From: Caecitellus pseudoparvulus
Lineage: Eukaryota > Protista > Bigyra: Bicosoecida
Length of the DNA: 64,000 nt
Assembly: GCA_965644315.1 (NCBI GenBank)
Contig: CBFFRQ010000087.1
Coordinates: forward strand, 62,001 to 126,000
Reading direction: 5' to 3'
Made by a program: the position numbers and the translations under genes. A model generated the notes under the pieces. That model did no database searches. It was not told the origin of the DNA and was given only the letters and a program-made list of their open reading frames with translations. This document shows, one piece after another, positions 20,728 to 34,230 of the stretch (position 1 is its first letter; each line of letters begins with the position of its first letter).

Positions 20728-23700
20728 TCACTTTCTCAGGCTTGGCAGTGGCAGTCTACGTCTCGTTCGGCGCCCACGCACAGTCTTGTTGGCACTGCGA
20801 CCTCGTAGTGCGCTTGATCGCCCTGACGCTTGCCGTGATGCAGCCACGGCAGATGCTGGGACAATTTCTGACGCAGTCGCATCAGTCTGCCCAGTGCTGT
20901 GCTCCATCAGAGCTGTCGGTGACACTCCAAGCACCTCAGCCGCTTGCCTCCTGCTCTTGCTGGGCAGTCCTTTCGCTGTGTTCAGTGCCGTCATTCTCAG
21001 GTCATACTGAGCTAAGACACGCGGAAACAAGGTCGCCAAGCTGATGGTGAGAAAGAACGCTGCCTGTAGCGAAATCAGTACGGCGCTTGTGCTGTTTTCT
21101 CCGGCATTTGTCCCCAGTGAAGCGTTTGTGGTGCTGAGACCCTCCGTGACAGAGTGATGGTGGGTCACGATGAAGGCCATGCTGGCAATGAGAATCACAA
21201 GTGACAGTGCTTCTAGAGCTGTGTTCTTCGGGCCCAGGAACGGCCTCTTGTGGGTGTGCAGCCACAAGGACGCGACCCCCACAACCAAGGCTACCATGGC
21301 CTGGTCGTACCCGTCATCCAAGCCTAGCGGCAAGACGGCCAAGATGAACTTGTGGGCAAAAACCACCAACTCATACCAGTACATGTGCCGCGCAGTAGAG
21401 TAGCCATCGTAGAGCAAGAGCCACCTGGCCTGGAACTTGGAGCGCAGCAGCTGCTGGGGGGAGGTGTTGCGAAGCAGCAGGTACAGTGCCACTGGCGCCA
21501 CCAGCCCCCCAGCCAGGAGCACGATGAGGGAAACAGTCATTGCACTGGCGTGTTCCCCTTCGAGACACTGCACGCTGTAGTCGCCGCGCAAGAAGGACAG
21601 CCCCCCGATAGAGCGCAGCGTGCAGCTAAGCATGCGGGAGCTCTGAACGCAAAGGAGGGCGTAGTTGCAGTAGAAAACTGCAAGCAGTGTTGGCGAGAGC
21701 CTGATCTTCTTCATGTGCCCGCAGCATGTCGTCCGCCGCCTGGCATTTATGGGGATGTACACCAACTTCCACGTTCGCAGCAAGGCAATCGCACTGGCGA
21801 TTGCGACGGCGAGGAGGCACATGATCACCGGAAGACTCAGCGCCGCTCCCCACCGCTGGAGCGTTCCAAGCTTGGCGAGGCATTCAAAGACATTGTTTTC
21901 TGTGAAGTTCACGAACATGACCATCACCGCAGAGCCAACGTACTTGCGGAACACCTCTGGTTGGTAGATGCCTAGCGTGCCGTAGATGGCCAGGATTTGG
22001 AAGTGGCTGACTCCAATGCGCAGCGAAGCAAGGTCAACTGACGCACCCGGTTTCCACTCCTCAGTCCCAAACTTTGACGACACCAAGACACACACGACGA
22101 CAGCCCCTAGGATGGCAAGCACGCCAGCGCAAAGGACCGCGATGGATGTCTTGTCGTTGGCGCACTTCAGGCAGCCTGGTCCGTCCACTGCGAAGCCATC
22201 AGCACATACAGCGCACAGAGGACCTGTGTACCCTTCGCGACACTCAAACGTGCCATTGCTCCCAACCCCACAGCCTCCAGGACGAGGGCAGCGCACGACT
22301 GTGACGTCGGCCGTCAGTTCCTCACGAGGCAAGCTGTCCGCCAGCTGAGCTCCTTTGAATGCGAAGAAGTCTGGCAGCAACTCAAGGCGCCCAGCACCAC
22401 ACTTGACCCCTCGCTCAGGGCACGTCTGACAGGGCATGCCTCCCCCGTCCGACCACAAGCCGCGCCCACAGAGCTGGCACTGCAGGCCAGATGACCCGAG
22501 AGGCACCGCTGCTCCTGGACTGCAGCCGGTTGACGTAACTGCGAAACTGGCGCTACCAGCAGGGCGACCGCCAAAGTTGCAGCTAGTGGTGAAATTGTAC
22601 ACCACTCCCTTCTCGCCTGAGAAAGCCAAGGCTGTGAACGGCAGCAGCCCACCTGCAGCTGTCTGCGAAACGCCCTCCAACGATGCGTTGCCAGAACTGC
22701 CTGCAAAGTCAACTGTGCACGTAGTGAAGTTGTCCTCCACCATCCACTCCCCGGAAACTTCATCAATGACTTTTGCGGAGAACCCTAGGGGGGTCCCAGA
22801 TGGCGTCTCGGGCAACGCTGGTGAAACAACGCGCAACCCAAGCGCAGGCGTCCTTGACATGAGCGCTTGGGACAGCAACGTGGCCCCACTTGGAAGAACG
22901 CAACGTGCCCTCAAACTCAAGGAAGTGTTTAGCGGAGCATCAACTGTGAGTGAAGGGAATGCCAAGAGTGAGAGGCTTGTGTCCAGCTGCCCTGTACCGC
23001 CTCCGAGGCTGGCGCTGGTGGGATGCAAGACCTCAAGTGTGCAAGATGTCAGCGTCAAAGGCACCGCGCTAGCTGCTGCCGATGCGCTATCGCTGGGTAC
23101 GACATGCAGAGAAAGTGGACTTAGGAGTGGCACCTTCAAGTTTGCCGAGCTTGGAAACAGCACGCTCGGTAAAAGTTGGACAATGTCGATGCGGACTGGT
23201 GCCATCCCGACCATAAGTGGGGGGGAGGCCAGCACCGCGCCACCAAGGGCACACCTTGCCACAAGTCTGAGCGTCGCACGGGAATTCGGCCCAAGTAGTC
23301 TGCTTTTAAATGCAAAGTCTGTGCCTGGGGCGGTAAGCGCACTTTGAGTGTTCACCAGCCTCCACAGCGAGCTCCCATCCTGCATGACTACCGAGCATGA
23401 GAAGCGTGGAGCCTGCCCAAAGACCTGTGCGCCAGTTGAGAAGGAGGGCTGCACAGCGAGCTCCACTGAGTCCATGTATGTCAAGTTGCTGAGGGCATTG
23501 GATCGAACCTCCAGCACGGCTGAAGGTGTGCTGAGGGTGGCAGAGAGGGGCGGCGGGTCGCCATCAGTGACCGAAGCGCGCTCGCACCGAACCACCACCC
23601 GGCTTGCCTTGCCAAAGAAAGAATCCTGCACTGCAATGTCAGATATTGAAATTGTGTCATTCACCATTTCATGCACGACGGGCGCGCCAAGTAGCTGTGC

Positions 23701-26700
23701 TGTGCTGGAATTGCTTGCCTCTACGGACAGCCCGCAGGAGAGCTCCCAAGCCTCAAGCCCAGCTGGGAGAGCTGTTCCAGCGATGAAGACACCAAGAGTG
23801 ACTTCGAACTTTGATACTTGCCCTGTGACACTTGGGTACACTTGCACAGGTGGGGGTCGAATCCACCGCAGTTCAAGCGCTGAAAGTCGTGCCGCCTGCA
23901 CCGCTGGCGCAAGCTGCACCCCCCTGTACTCGCACTGGAGCTTCCACTGGAAGCGCTTCGTGCACGTGGAGTTAGCCCTGCTGGCATCTGTGACTTCCAC
24001 TATGGGTCGCAATCCGGAGAAGGCTATGCTGCTTCCTTCTGTTGGCAGTGTGCCAAGCGCGCTGGTTCCCGAGGCCAGCCGGGCAGCTTCCCCGGCACAC
24101 AAGCTGGAAACTGAGAGAGTGCACCTTGTCCCCTGAACCAGTTCACCACTTGCCACACCCAGGTCTGTTGCAATGATGTGAGCTTGGATATCTTGCGCTG
24201 TGCTTCCAACTGCGAGTACCGCCGGCGGGGGAACAGCAAAGACTGCTGTGATAGTTGGAACTGACACTTGCACTGCAATAGATGCGAGCTGGAATCGACC
24301 AAGCCACAGGCACTCCGATGTCACGTTAATAAGACTACCGTGTTGTGAGACTTGAATGCCGTACTTTGCCATCGGGAAAAGCAACCCCACCCGATCAATT
24401 TCATGTTCGCTCTGCTCGCTGATGAGCAAAGGTCGCACTCCGGTCTCTGCTGCAGCACTCCATCCGCATTTCACGGAAGCAGCGGCAGCGGTTGAAGCGG
24501 GGAAGTCCCAGATTGCTCCAAAGGAGCTGTAGTACTCTGATGCGCCGGGTGCAGCAAGCTGAATGGACCATGCTGACGCACTCCAAGCGACCTGTCCCGC
24601 TTGCGTTGACGGCCACATGCTGCTCTGCACGGGGCGAACTAGCTGCGGTGTGATGGACGCAGACACTACTTGCAAAAGTGTTTCGGTGCTGAAGCTGCTT
24701 TGTTGCCATTTGCAGTCGCAAGAGATGACTGTCCCAGTTCCTGGGCTAGCCACTATCCGGAACGTGTGGAACGTTGCGTTGCCTTCACTGCCCACATCAA
24801 CCGGCCCAGAACCGAGCAGTTGGAACGATGAACTGTCACCCGCGTTTGTAGAAGAGACATTCAGGGTAGACCAGAGGGTTAGTGCTTGCAGCTCAGGGGA
24901 AAGGCGCGAGCGCATGAAGCCGGGCGATTCTTGCACCAAAGCACATTGCGTGCCTTGCAGCAGCTCCTCAGCAAATGCACTGGCCAGCACGCGCACTGAA
25001 GGGAGTCCAGGGGAGAGTGGTGCAGCCAAAGAAAACGTTCGTGAACTAGTCAGCTGTACTGCAGGCTCAGTGTTCACCCACTGAACTGAAACCGACGGGC
25101 TGACGACTTGCAGCCCTCCAGGGGGCGTGCTGAATAAGGTGCCGTCCACCCAGGTGCAGGTTGCGGTCAAACCTGTTGCAGAGCCAAACTTCCCAGCTGC
25201 ATATGCATCGAACTCCACACAACCATCCCTCAACTTTGCAGCGCTAAACTCTGCCGATATGGCAGTGACCTGTTGGAACACTGGGAGCAGCTGTGACTCA
25301 GTGCTGCTTGTCACTGTACACGAGAAATCCACAGTGCTGTTTGCAAGCTGTGCACCCGATGCCAAGAAGCACACGCGAGGCTTTGGGCTGATGAAGTAGG
25401 TTGTCGAAGGGTCGTTGCTTGGTAGCACATTCAACGGGCTCGCAGTCAGGGTGTCTGAGTGCCAATCGAGGGAAAGGGCTTGGAGAGCGAGCTCTACGGC
25501 ATCTGTGGCAAACGCCACTGTAGAAAGATACGTGCAGACGGCTTCAACGTCCACAGTCTGAGCGCGTGTTCCAGTTAGGCCTGGTGAAACGGTGAAGCAA
25601 AGGCTGTTGCTGTCCGGCTGACAGACAGTATTGTACATGGTCGCATCGCCAGCGATCGTTGCATCGCCCTCGGATTTCGTAATTGAAAGTTTGCAAGCTG
25701 CAAGGGAACTTGGTACGGTGGCGGTGGTGTTGGGAAAGGAAACGGTGGCCTGGATGCGGCCGTTCATAGGAACAACTTGAGCGAATCGCGGGCCGCTCGG
25801 CAACAGCTGCGGCGAGCCCACAAGCTGGAGGCTGTGCTGGATGTGATGCGAGAGCACAATCAATGATTCCTGTGTTCTGACGACGTCCCCATTTGGCCAC
25901 GTACAAGATGCAGCGAGGGTGCCTGTCACACCGAACACGTTCTGTGCGCCACTCTTCAAAACCAGGGGGACCCCTACAAACTCCAACTCAATCTCTTCTG
26001 ATCCACTCCCCGTGTCAGTTGAGTCCAGTTCTGTATCATACTCAATGCGGCTTTCATCCTCGCCGAGAGCGACCAGCGTCGCGAGATGCCCTCCCAAGGT
26101 CAGCGTGCACACAGTTGAGAAACTGCCTGAGACACCAGACGGCAGGCCCAGCCGAAGCAGTGGCAGTGGCTGAAGCTCAAAGGGTTCTGCATCACTTGTT
26201 CCAGAGAGTGCATCCCAGTTGGCTTGGGTGGTAGGAAGGGCCCCAATCTCCACGCTGACTGAATCGAATGACGGAGTGGACATGGTCAGGTTCACGACAG
26301 CTTGCCTGGACACTTCCAGGGTGTCTCCGTTAGGCTGCACACAGGTTACAATTAAAGTGACTGTTGCATCAAACAGATCTTGAGGAGAGACCCGCTTTAT
26401 GGAGACACCCAGAGGCTCCAGCTTTACGATCCCATCGACACTGCTGAGCTCAGATGAGCCTAGCAGCGTGAGCGCACTCGCTCCAGTGCTGACCTGCCCC
26501 CGAATCTCAGGGGTGCATGTTACCGAGGCAGTTTCTTGCAGCACGCCAGAGGGATTGAAGAGCCCAACAAACAAGCTGTGAGAGGCGAGCAGTGGCGCTG
26601 TCGCTGCTGAAACTGGCACTTGCATGGAAGGCGTGTCTTGCAGCGGCGTTTCCAGCACCTCATCCATCCAATCAACTTGCAGCGGTTGCAGTTGGGCGAC

Positions 26701-29700
26701 TTGGTCTGCTGCAGTTTTCACTACCTCTGCAGTGCTGAGTCTGCAGAAAGCTTGGAGGTAGTATTCGTTCGAGCCAGCTGCTTGAGACCCGTCGATGCCC
26801 AAGTTGTCAAATGTGGCAACGCCAGCTGAGTTCAAGGCGGACCTCGTCGAGCCAACAAGGCTTGCTAGTGAAGTCGTGCGAGCGTCATTCAACTGAACCC
26901 AGCACTCTCCCGGAGATGAGTTGTCGCCCTCGCCTCCCGCCGACTCTTCACTTGCGGAGGCGGTCAGTTGCAGCTGCACTGTGGGGGCAGGTCGGAGAGC
27001 GACGACAGCGTCAACGGTTGATGCTGCTCCCGACGGTATGGAGCTAGTGGCTGTGAAGTTGATAGTGGGAGGAACTACAATCACATCAAATGTGAGAGGA
27101 CTAAGGCTTCCACAATTTACGACAAGCTTTAGCGCCGCTCCAGACGTAGCCTTAGTGCCAAGAGGGCCTATGGGTACGCGGCCCTCCTCAGCCCTGAAAG
27201 TGCTTCGTGTCAGCATGGGGATGGTCTCTCCACTGCTCGTCTCGGTGTTGACTATACAAGTGGTCTCCGAGTCTGAATCAACAACCTGGCCGTCCTCGTT
27301 CAGCAGAGTCACTGTGAAGGGAATGCCTGGCGTGACCATGCGCGCGAGCAGCTCCAGGGGAGCTGTCTCGTTGCGATCATGAGTTGCGCGCACAGCTGGG
27401 AGAAGCAGCCCTAGCCCACCCAGAGCGCTTGACCTGCATGTTCCAGACGTGTCACAGAAGGCAGCTCCTTCAGATCCCCGCAGCATGATCGAGTTACGTT
27501 GCATGGCTGTGGTAGTCTGCAGCTGCATGGCGGACACTGAGGCAGCTGCGTAGATGCCTGCGCCCGACCCCTTAGGACCCTGCACGCCCCCCATGGATTC
27601 GACTGATATTGATGTGCGTATCCTGGCTTCATCTGCCTGCCCTGCTGGTGAGTCAACGAACCAAGGCTCCTCGCCTGTGGCAAGTGGAACAGCCTGCAAT
27701 CCCGTGTCACCCGCGCCGGCGATCCCGCTAAGGACAATGGCAGCCACACTCTCGGCAGAGAAGCCACTTGCTGGTGTTCCAGCAAAAGACGAAAGGGCAT
27801 TTGCAGCAGATGATCCATTGAGGCCAGTGGTGCGGTCTCCCCAAACCCGGATTCCCTCCACCGTCGTGACCGCGTTCCCAAGCAGCGCCAGAGAGGCGCC
27901 TGAGCCGGCTGTATTATTTGTCATTTCATTTGAGATGAAAGCAACTTTCTCACAGCCTACCGCAAGCATGCCGGCGCCGATACCACCAAGCGCGCTGTTT
28001 GCAACGAACATGCTGTTTGCCACGTGTGCAGAGCTGTTGACGAACGCCAACGCTGCACCAAGCCCAGACTCAACAGTGTTGTTGAAGAATGTGGAGGAAG
28101 ACAAGGACACTGTTCCGTTGCGAAAGGAAAGGCACCCTCCCGATTTGCCCGCAGTCGAGCCCTGACAGAGTAGTGTGGACACTGCAAGACTGCAGCCGCC
28201 GCAGCTATCCACGGAGATTCCCCCTCCACTGTGCCCCGCGCCAGCGCGAAGGACAGTCATGTCACTGATGAAGGCTTGCGTATATGATCCAGTAAGTGCG
28301 ATCCCCCCTCCGATCTCAGTAGCTCTGCAATCTTCCAACTTTGCTCGCTCCACTGTCACAGTAGCACCGTCAACAAGCAACGCTCCCCCAACGCGAGCGG
28401 CGGATCGGTACACCTGAAGGTTTGAGAAGCGTGTATCGATTCCCGTTACGAGCACGGCACCACCGCTTTCTCCCGCACTTGTGGTTTCAAGGGACATGTC
28501 AAAGATGCTGATTTCTGGCCTGTCGGAAGCCTGAAGCCGTCGCCGCAAAGTACTGGGAACTGCCTTGCCTCGGAGCACAAGTCCTCCTCCTCGCTGCGTA
28601 GCAGTGCAGTTTCGAATGGCAACTGAATCAATGTGTGCTGAACGTACGTTTCCTAGAAAGGCAGCACCGCCTTCCTGTGAGGCACAAGAATCAAAGCCCA
28701 CGTGCTTCATTCTGACGGACATGGCACTGGCGCCAGCGTCCACATGCAGGGCCCCTCCAGCTCTTGCTGACGTGCACCGCTCAAATCTGACGTTCTCAAT
28801 GCGGAGAGTGGAGCCCACTGGCATGCCTAAAGTTTTATTGCTTGCTTTAATATCAAGTACGGCACCATCTCCTTGGCTCGAGGCGTCAACGAAGGAGGCG
28901 TTCAGAACTTGGACGGTGGCCGAGTCGAAGGCACGTGTGGTAGCGATGCAAGCAGACGAACACGAAACATTCAGAGCATACACGCCAAACATGCTCAAGT
29001 CAACATGAGCGACGGGGCGCAGATCAAGCAGCCCAGCAGACCCAAGTGACTGCACATTGGAAGCCACGGAACTGTCAAGTTCAACCACTGTTCGCAAGCT
29101 CGAGTTAGTACTCCCGCGGGGCTGAAACAAAGCACCCGCTCCCAGCGACAGTTGGTCGATGCTCATCTCACTTGCTTGGAACTTGTACAGCAGTCCAGCC
29201 GATGACTTTGGTTTGGTAAAGCAGAAACTGAAGCCTGGCACTGGCTCGTCACATGGAAGCCTGCGGATGCGTTGCTCGTTCAGGTCGGCAACGAAGCAGG
29301 ACGAGGAGGCGGATCCAGAGGCACTCCAACCCATTGGCAATGCACTTTGAGTACCCCAAGGCAGCAATCCCCCTGCGACTGACGCACTGTCCAAGCTTGT
29401 TTCAGTGAAGTGGACGAGCTGGAGCGGGTCATGCGGCAGTGCAACCGTTGAAATGTTCCGCATCGGAGTGACAGCGCTCAGAACCTGGCGGTGAAAAGGC
29501 AGCTCTATGCGAGGCAGCTCACATCGCCGGCTATGTGCTGCCTGCTTTTGAGTCGAAACACTTGCAGGGGCAAGCCAGGAAACGCAAGTGTCTGCCTCAG
29601 CCTGAACTGACACTGCTTCAAACCCTGGTGGGCACTCCAGCAGCATGTCTGGTGCAAAAGTATGATCAGTATGTAGAACGACCCCTCCTCTCATTAAGGT

Positions 29701-32700
29701 GACGTCTTTCAGTCGAATTTGGTCGAACTGCACAGTTGCTGCGGAGGACGTTCCGGACAAAGACAACAGCGACCCTGAAGCTGTTGAGTTGAGAATGTGT
29801 ACTTGGCGTGCTGTGACGTGAGTGTGACCGCTATGTGCATCTCCAAAAAGAGATCCATGACTCAAAATGTTCCTCATCTGTACAGATGTCAAGTCAAAGT
29901 GGAGATGGCTCGACCCGAACGGGGGGGGGCGGGTCCATGGCCCAGCCGACACACCACAAACGGCGACAGCGTGCACTTTGCCCGATTCGACTTCAAGCCG
30001 TTTGTTTTGGTGCACCCAGCTGGCAGTCATTGTGGTGCTTCTGTTCTCAGCGATGATTACTTCTACACCTGCATAGTAGCCATCACCAGTGATGGACTCA
30101 AGCAGCGTTGGCTTGGGTGGCAACTGCCCAAGCCAGCCCATCCGCAGAGCTCCTTCTGCGGTGACTGTGCTGAATCCAGGGTCTGTAGGTGAGAGCAGAC
30201 CTTTGGATGTTGAAGAGGAGTGCTTCACAGGCGCAATGAAGATGACCTTTCCAGCAAACGTCGGCGGCAGAGCTGACTTGGCGATGGTAGCGTAGTCCGC
30301 AAGGGAAGCAACATGCATGGGCAGCATCTCCATCCCCTTGCACTGCTCAACAACTTCGCCTGGGAGAAGGTACGTGCTATATACATCCGATGCTGCAAGA
30401 CATCGGATGCCATCTTGAAGTCCCAGCGCTATTTCCATATCTGAGCAGTGCGCCCAAGGGCGAGCGCTCGAAGCAGGGACAAACGAGTTGGCCAGGCCAC
30501 TTGCAAAGTGTGAGTCATTTACTTGGAGTCTGTGAAGCTCAATCCTTCCAGGTGATTGCAGCAGGCTCTCTACATGGAAAGCAGATGCGTTCACTTGCAC
30601 AGCAGTCAACGACATGTTCGTGGCCGTGACTTGGGCTTGGCCGCCCACCGCATGCAGAACGCTGGACCAACCCGTCGCCCGTTTCAGGGCCACGTGGCGC
30701 ATGCTTACACGTGTCATTGCTTCGTCACCTGCCATGCCACAGTCTTCGGTGTGGATCATTGCCGCTTGGCCTTTGACGCTGGCATGGGTATCACGGGCGG
30801 AGAAGGCGCTAAGGGCAATGGAAGCCCGACCGGAATGCGCCGCGCAAACCCCTGCCACCTCGTGCGAGGTGGGATTCAGAGGGTCTGCACAGGAGACTTG
30901 TAGAATCGTGGAAGTGGTGCTGTGTCTGACTTGGAGCACCAGACAAGAATCCTCTGCACCAGGTCGTGTCACCACTCGACTCATAGAAGTCGGGATGCCA
31001 CGCAGCGGCTTGCCAGTCCACCGGGACACGATGACATCCTGCTGCGGATCATACTCGTCGTCGAGCAGCAGCCAGGGCACCTCATTTCCCGACTCCTTCA
31101 CAGCCAAAAGAGCCGCCGTCAGCATGTCAAAGCCGTCCTCGAGCGAGAGAAGCCGCGTTCCGCTAGCGTGGCATAAGCTGCGTGCGAAGTTGACACTTAA
31201 AGTCGCTGGGATTGCAACATTCTTCAACCAAGGTGCGCCCCCCTTCGTTGTTGTTGCCCACTGCGAGAACAAGTTGCTTGCTGAATAAATCGCGGCGTCC
31301 TGCAGGTGAACCAGCTTCCCTGTCTCGGACGAGCTGCCAGGGTCTTTGCAACTTTGGACGTGCATGGCCGGCTGCCGCGACAGAGTTACATGGTCCAAGG
31401 AAACTGAATCTGCCACCACGCTTGGTGAGTGGGCAAGCGCGCGAAGAAGTGCAATGCCCGTGGTATTCCTGAGGGTCACAGATGAAATGAATGTGTTGGA
31501 ATCTTGCGCACTGTCAGGGTTGTCAACAGCTAAGAGCGCTCCAAGGGCAGACTGGCTGGAGCAGTTATCGAGCGCAACTCGAGAAACTTGGGCGACTTGA
31601 ACGTTGGCACCCCATACAATGCCAGGGTCTATGAACGAAACTCCTGCCACTGTAGTGTTTGAGAGATGAACCAGCTGCGCTGAGGTTGCTTGCAAGATGC
31701 GCGGCTGCAGGCCGAGTACGCCGCCTGCGGCAGACACTTGTAGGTCAGATAGCTGGCAATGGGAGATTTTCTCACATGACAGGACTGCAGGCATGCACAT
31801 CGAGGTCTGCATGCGGACCCCATGCACACGAACTGAGCCATCGACAGTGAAGGAGTTCAAGGCTGACAGAAGGCTAACAACTTCAGCATCCGGGGCAGCT
31901 GGGCATGATCCCGAGTGAACCAACACATCATGGACTCGAACCTTGACAGCAGATGAAAACTCAGCCAAGCAAGCAGCTCCTACAGCTTGAACATGCTTCA
32001 CACGCTCCAAGGCTACTGACGGCGCTGCCAGATCAAATGCGCAAGCGAAAGCACCGTGCCGCGCATCGTGGACGGTGACATTTTGCAAGACAATCTCTCC
32101 ACCTGAGTATCCATGCTGTAAGATGGCATCTCGAGATTCAGCTGTGCGTGAGAAGGCCACGTTGCGAACCAGGGCTTGGAAAGCACCGATGAAGACACCT
32201 CCATATGAAGTGCTTGACAAATAGTCAATGTATATGTTGCCAATCGCCACCCTTCCGAAGCCTGCCCCAGAGTCTGAGACGCTCAAGTGTAGCTTCGCAT
32301 CAAGTTCCAGGCGAGGGTCTTTGGCAACAGGTGCACACGGGGAGATGATCTGGCATGCTTCGCTTATCTCACTTTGCGTAGCGCCCCGCAGCACGAGACT
32401 CCCTTCCCACGCTATTTCGACCAAGTATTTGATCTTGTGTTCTCCAAAAACGACCAGCTCAAGCGGAAGATCTGGGCCTGCCTCTCGATGAGCCGCAGGC
32501 ACTGCTACAGCAACTGACTCCCACCCAACGCAGACAAGGTCGTACCCTTCTTCGTCCAGCACTCTGCAGCCTGCTAAGTCGAGGTGCTTACGACCCGGGC
32601 TTGTTGCCAAGAGACCATCGAGCTCAGGAAGCACAGCAACTCGCCAGGTTCCATCTCCAGCCAAATCGAAGCGAGTGCGTTCGTGTGGACCCTCCAGAGC

Positions 32701-34230
32701 AAAGCCGCCTCCAATGCTGAATGGAGGAAATGAAGTTGTTACAACAACTGACATGTTCAGTGTCCGGGTTCGCTGAGGTTGCCAAACAGCGGGTGTTGGC
32801 CATGCAGAGGCCTTTGCCCCATCACTTGGGGTTGCAGATGGAGAGAAAACCATGCTTGCGGACGGAGATGGGGGGGACGAGGGGGTCGGCAACATAGTTG
32901 CACGTGCAGTTTCCGAGCTAGACGGACTAGGAACTGCAGTGGGGGATGGGGTCACGCTACGTGCCGAGGGACTCACAGAGGAAGTCAACGTTGGCGATCC
33001 TGAAGGTGAAAAAGTGGGACTACTACTTGAGGAACTGGACGGAGATGCAGATGGCGTCACAGTCGCGGATGGAGATGCAGAGGGGGCTTTTGAGCTACTT
33101 TCAGATCCACCACCTGTACCAGATCCTGGCAATGTGCCAGTGCCAGTGCCAGTGCCAGTGCCGCCAGGGTACGTGCCAGTGCCGCCGGGGTACGTGCCAG
33201 CGCCGGCGCCAGTGCCAGTGCCAGTGCCGCCAGGGTACGTACCAGCGCCGCCAGGGTACGTGCCAGCGCCGGCGCCAGTGCCAGTGCCGCCAGGGTAGGT
33301 GCCAGCGCCGGGGCCAGTGCCAGTGCCAGCGCCGGGGCCAGTGCCAGTGCCAGTGCCGCCAGGGTACGTGCCAGCGCCGGGGCCAATGCCAGTGCCAGTG
33401 CCGCCAGGGTACGTGCCAGCGCCGGGGCCAATGCCAGTGCCGCCAGGGTACGTGCCAGCGCCGGCGCCAGTGCCAGTGCCGCCAGGGTAGGTGCCAGCGC
33501 CGGGGCCAGTGCCAGTGCCGCCAGGGTACGTGCCAGCGCCGGCGCCAGTGCCAGTGCCGCCAGGGTACGTGCCAGTGCCGCCGGGGTACGTGCCGGGGCC
33601 AGTGCCAGTGCCGCCAGGGTAGGTGCCAGCGCCGGGGCCAGTGCCAGTGCCAGCGCCGGGGCCAGTGCCAGTGCCAGTGCCGCCAGGGTACGTGCCAGCG
33701 CCGGGGCCAGTGCCAGTGCCAGTGCCGCCAGGGTACGTGCCAGCGCCGGGGCCAATGCCAGTGCCGCCAGGGTACGTGCCAGCGCCGGCGCCAGTGCCAG
33801 TGCCGCCAGGGTAGGTGCCAGTGCCGCCGGGGTACGTGCCGGGGCCAGTGCCAGTGCCGCCAGGGTACGTGCCAGCGCCGGGGCCAGTGCCAGTGCCGCC
33901 AGCGTAGGTGATGGTACCCTTTATACTAGGTAGATCAATGTCTGGGTCCAAGAGGCTCCTTTTTTGTCGCTTGCTGTCTTGAGGCGCGTCGGGTTGGCGC
34001 ATAGCTCTCTCGGCTCGCAGTACTTGGCTCTCAACGATGACGCATTGCGTGTGAGCCCAGAGAACTTGTACCCGGAGGACAAGCTGCTCTGCTTCACGCG
34101 GAACTCTGCATGCAGCACTTATGGAAAGTGTTCGTTGAACTTTTGTACTGTCAAGAACTTCACACTCCATCCCTGGGTTGGCTTGTTGGTGTGTGGTTTG
34201 GGCTGCGTTTCCTTCTTCATTAACCATCAC
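20728..34230 (-). CDS. Giant (4500 aa) cell-surface multipass protein: Gly-rich repeat, Ser/Pro/Thr stalk, lectin-like modules, Pmp-type beta-helix repeats, repeated beta-sandwich-like modules, Cys-rich region and ~7 TM helices
   Basis: Uninterrupted ORF. About 12 GGA/GGG-type motifs spaced mostly ~26-28 aa apart (27900-28870). [17 protein letters not shown] juxtamembrane motif. Hydrophobic helices and LLYDGY...[10 protein letters not shown] in 21040-22140. No obvious signal peptide at the ORF start, so the 5' end is uncertain. Confidence 0.85.
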   Translation of the reverse strand: MMVNEEGNAAQTTHQQANPGMECEVLDSTKVQRTLSISAACRVPREAEQLVLRVQVLWAHTQCVIVESQVLRAERAMRQPDAPQDSKRQKRSLLDPDIDLPSIKGTITYAGGTGTGPGAGTYPGGTGTGPGTYPGGTGTYPGGTGTGAGAGTYPGGTGIGPGAGTYPGGTGTGTGPGAGTYPGGTGTGTGPGAGTGTGPGAGTYPGGTGTGPGTYPGGTGTYPGGTGTGAGAGTYPGGTGTGPGAGTYPGGTGTGAGAGTYPGGTGIGPGAGTYPGGTGTGIGPGAGTYPGGTGTGTGPGAGTGTGPGAGTYPGGTGTGAGAGTYPGGAGTYPGGTGTGTGAGAGTYPGGTGTYPGGTGTGTGTGTLPGSGTGGGSESSSKAPSASPSATVTPSASPSSSSSSSPTFSPSGSPTLTSSVSPSARSVTPSPTAVPSPSSSETARATMLPTPSSPPSPSASMVFSPSATPSDGAKASAWPTPAVWQPQRTRTLNMSVVVTTSFPPFSIGGGFALEGPHERTRFDLAGDGTWRVAVLPELDGLLATSPGRKHLDLAGCRVLDEEGYDLVCVGWESVAVAVPAAHREAGPDLPLELVVFGEHKIKYLVEIAWEGSLVLRGATQSEISEACQIISPCAPVAKDPRLELDAKLHLSVSDSGAGFGRVAIGNIYIDYLSSTSYGGVFIGAFQALVRNVAFSRTAESRDAILQHGYSGGEIVLQNVTVHDARHGAFACAFDLAAPSVALERVKHVQAVGAACLAEFSSAVKVRVHDVLVHSGSCPAAPDAEVVSLLSALNSFTVDGSVRVHGVRMQTSMCMPAVLSCEKISHCQLSDLQVSAAGGVLGLQPRILQATSAQLVHLSNTTVAGVSFIDPGIVWGANVQVAQVSRVALDNCSSQSALGALLAVDNPDSAQDSNTFISSVTLRNTTGIALLRALAHSPSVVADSVSLDHVTLSRQPAMHVQSCKDPGSSSETGKLVHLQDAAIYSASNLFSQWATTTKGGAPWLKNVAIPATLSVNFARSLCHASGTRLLSLEDGFDMLTAALLAVKESGNEVPWLLLDDEYDPQQDVIVSRWTGKPLRGIPTSMSRVVTRPGAEDSCLVLQVRHSTTSTILQVSCADPLNPTSHEVAGVCAAHSGRASIALSAFSARDTHASVKGQAAMIHTEDCGMAGDEAMTRVSMRHVALKRATGWSSVLHAVGGQAQVTATNMSLTAVQVNASAFHVESLLQSPGRIELHRLQVNDSHFASGLANSFVPASSARPWAHCSDMEIALGLQDGIRCLAASDVYSTYLLPGEVVEQCKGMEMLPMHVASLADYATIAKSALPPTFAGKVIFIAPVKHSSSTSKGLLSPTDPGFSTVTAEGALRMGWLGQLPPKPTLLESITGDGYYAGVEVIIAENRSTTMTASWVHQNKRLEVESGKVHAVAVCGVSAGPWTRPPPFGSSHLHFDLTSVQMRNILSHGSLFGDAHSGHTHVTARQVHILNSTASGSLLSLSGTSSAATVQFDQIRLKDVTLMRGGVVLHTDHTFAPDMLLECPPGFEAVSVQAEADTCVSWLAPASVSTQKQAAHSRRCELPRIELPFHRQVLSAVTPMRNISTVALPHDPLQLVHFTETSLDSASVAGGLLPWGTQSALPMGWSASGSASSSCFVADLNEQRIRRLPCDEPVPGFSFCFTKPKSSAGLLYKFQASEMSIDQLSLGAGALFQPRGSTNSSLRTVVELDSSVASNVQSLGSAGLLDLRPVAHVDLSMFGVYALNVSCSSACIATTRAFDSATVQVLNASFVDASSQGDGAVLDIKASNKTLGMPVGSTLRIENVRFERCTSARAGGALHVDAGASAMSVRMKHVGFDSCASQEGGAAFLGNVRSAHIDSVAIRNCTATQRGGGLVLRGKAVPSTLRRRLQASDRPEISIFDMSLETTSAGESGGAVLVTGIDTRFSNLQVYRSAARVGGALLVDGATVTVERAKLEDCRATEIGGGIALTGSYTQAFISDMTVLRAGAGHSGGGISVDSCGGCSLAVSTLLCQGSTAGKSGGCLSFRNGTVSLSSSTFFNNTVESGLGAALAFVNSSAHVANSMFVANSALGGIGAGMLAVGCEKVAFISNEMTNNTAGSGASLALLGNAVTTVEGIRVWGDRTTGLNGSSAANALSSFAGTPASGFSAESVAAIVLSGIAGAGDTGLQAVPLATGEEPWFVDSPAGQADEARIRTSISVESMGGVQGPKGSGAGIYAAASVSAMQLQTTTAMQRNSIMLRGSEGAAFCDTSGTCRSSALGGLGLLLPAVRATHDRNETAPLELLARMVTPGIPFTVTLLNEDGQVVDSDSETTCIVNTETSSGETIPMLTRSTFRAEEGRVPIGPLGTKATSGAALKLVVNCGSLSPLTFDVIVVPPTINFTATSSIPSGAASTVDAVVALRPAPTVQLQLTASASEESAGGEGDNSSPGECWVQLNDARTTSLASLVGSTRSALNSAGVATFDNLGIDGSQAAGSNEYYLQAFCRLSTAEVVKTAADQVAQLQPLQVDWMDEVLETPLQDTPSMQVPVSAATAPLLASHSLFVGLFNPSGVLQETASVTCTPEIRGQVSTGASALTLLGSSELSSVDGIVKLEPLGVSIKRVSPQDLFDATVTLIVTCVQPNGDTLEVSRQAVVNLTMSTPSFDSVSVEIGALPTTQANWDALSGTSDAEPFELQPLPLLRLGLPSGVSGSFSTVCTLTLGGHLATLVALGEDESRIEYDTELDSTDTGSGSEEIELEFVGVPLVLKSGAQNVFGVTGTLAASCTWPNGDVVRTQESLIVLSHHIQHSLQLVGSPQLLPSGPRFAQVVPMNGRIQATVSFPNTTATVPSSLAACKLSITKSEGDATIAGDATMYNTVCQPDSNSLCFTVSPGLTGTRAQTVDVEAVCTYLSTVAFATDAVELALQALSLDWHSDTLTASPLNVLPSNDPSTTYFISPKPRVCFLASGAQLANSTVDFSCTVTSSTESQLLPVFQQVTAISAEFSAAKLRDGCVEFDAYAAGKFGSATGLTATCTWVDGTLFSTPPGGLQVVSPSVSVQWVNTEPAVQLTSSRTFSLAAPLSPGLPSVRVLASAFAEELLQGTQCALVQESPGFMRSRLSPELQALTLWSTLNVSSTNAGDSSSFQLLGSGPVDVGSEGNATFHTFRIVASPGTGTVISCDCKWQQSSFSTETLLQVVSASITPQLVRPVQSSMWPSTQAGQVAWSASAWSIQLAAPGASEYYSSFGAIWDFPASTAAAASVKCGWSAAAETGVRPLLISEQSEHEIDRVGLLFPMAKYGIQVSQHGSLINVTSECLWLGRFQLASIAVQVSVPTITAVFAVPPPAVLAVGSTAQDIQAHIIATDLGVASGELVQGTRCTLSVSSLCAGEAARLASGTSALGTLPTEGSSIAFSGLRPIVEVTDASRANSTCTKRFQWKLQCEYRGVQLAPAVQAARLSALELRWIRPPPVQVYPSVTGQVSKFEVTLGVFIAGTALPAGLEAWELSCGLSVEASNSSTAQLLGAPVVHEMVNDTISISDIAVQDSFFGKASRVVVRCERASVTDGDPPPLSATLSTPSAVLEVRSNALSNLTYMDSVELAVQPSFSTGAQVFGQAPRFSCSVVMQDGSSLWRLVNTQSALTAPGTDFAFKSRLLGPNSRATLRLVARCALGGAVLASPPLMVGMAPVRIDIVQLLPSVLFPSSANLKVPLLSPLSLHVVPSDSASAAASAVPLTLTSCTLEVLHPTSASLGGGTGQLDTSLSLLAFPSLTVDAPLNTSLSLRARCVLPSGATLLSQALMSRTPALGLRVVSPALPETPSGTPLGFSAKVIDEVSGEWMVEDNFTTCTVDFAGSSGNASLEGVSQTAAGGLLPFTALAFSGEKGVVYNFTTSCNFGGRPAGSASFAVTSTGCSPGAAVPLGSSGLQCQLCGRGLWSDGGGMPCQTCPERGVKCGAGRLELLPDFFAFKGAQLADSLPREELTADVTVVRCPRPGGCGVGSNGTFECREGYTGPLCAVCADGFAVDGPGCLKCANDKTSIAVLCAGVLAILGAVVVCVLVSSKFGTEEWKPGASVDLASLRIGVSHFQILAIYGTLGIYQPEVFRKYVGSAVMVMFVNFTENNVFECLAKLGTLQRWGAALSLPVIMCLLAVAIASAIALLRTWKLVYIPINARRRTTCCGHMKKIRLSPTLLAVFYCNYALLCVQSSRMLSCTLRSIGGLSFLRGDYSVQCLEGEHASAMTVSLIVLLAGGLVAPVALYLLLRNTSPQQLLRSKFQARWLLLYDGYSTARHMYWYELVVFAHKFILAVLPLGLDDGYDQAMVALVVGVASLWLHTHKRPFLGPKNTALEALSLVILIASMAFIVTHHHSVTEGLSTTNASLGTNAGENSTSAVLISLQAAFFLTISLATLFPRVLAQYDLRMTALNTAKGLPSKSRRQAAEVLGVSPTALMEHSTGQTDATASEIVPASAVAASRQASGRSSALRGRSANKTVRGRRTRRRLPLPSLRK
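33134..33905 (-). repeat. Coding tandem repeat encoding variants of GTYPGG(TG)nPGA
   Basis: Near-identical units such as gtgccagtgccgccagggtacgtgccagcgccggggcca over ~770 bp, with higher-order block duplication. Confidence 0.95.

Noticed and set aside
32946-33911. Cys/Gln-rich (QCQCRQGTC) and Leu/Ala-rich ORFs over the repeat, or a CRISPR-like array
   Set aside because: These are alternative frames of the Gly-rich coding repeat. There are no unique spacers and no cas genes, and the context is eukaryotic.
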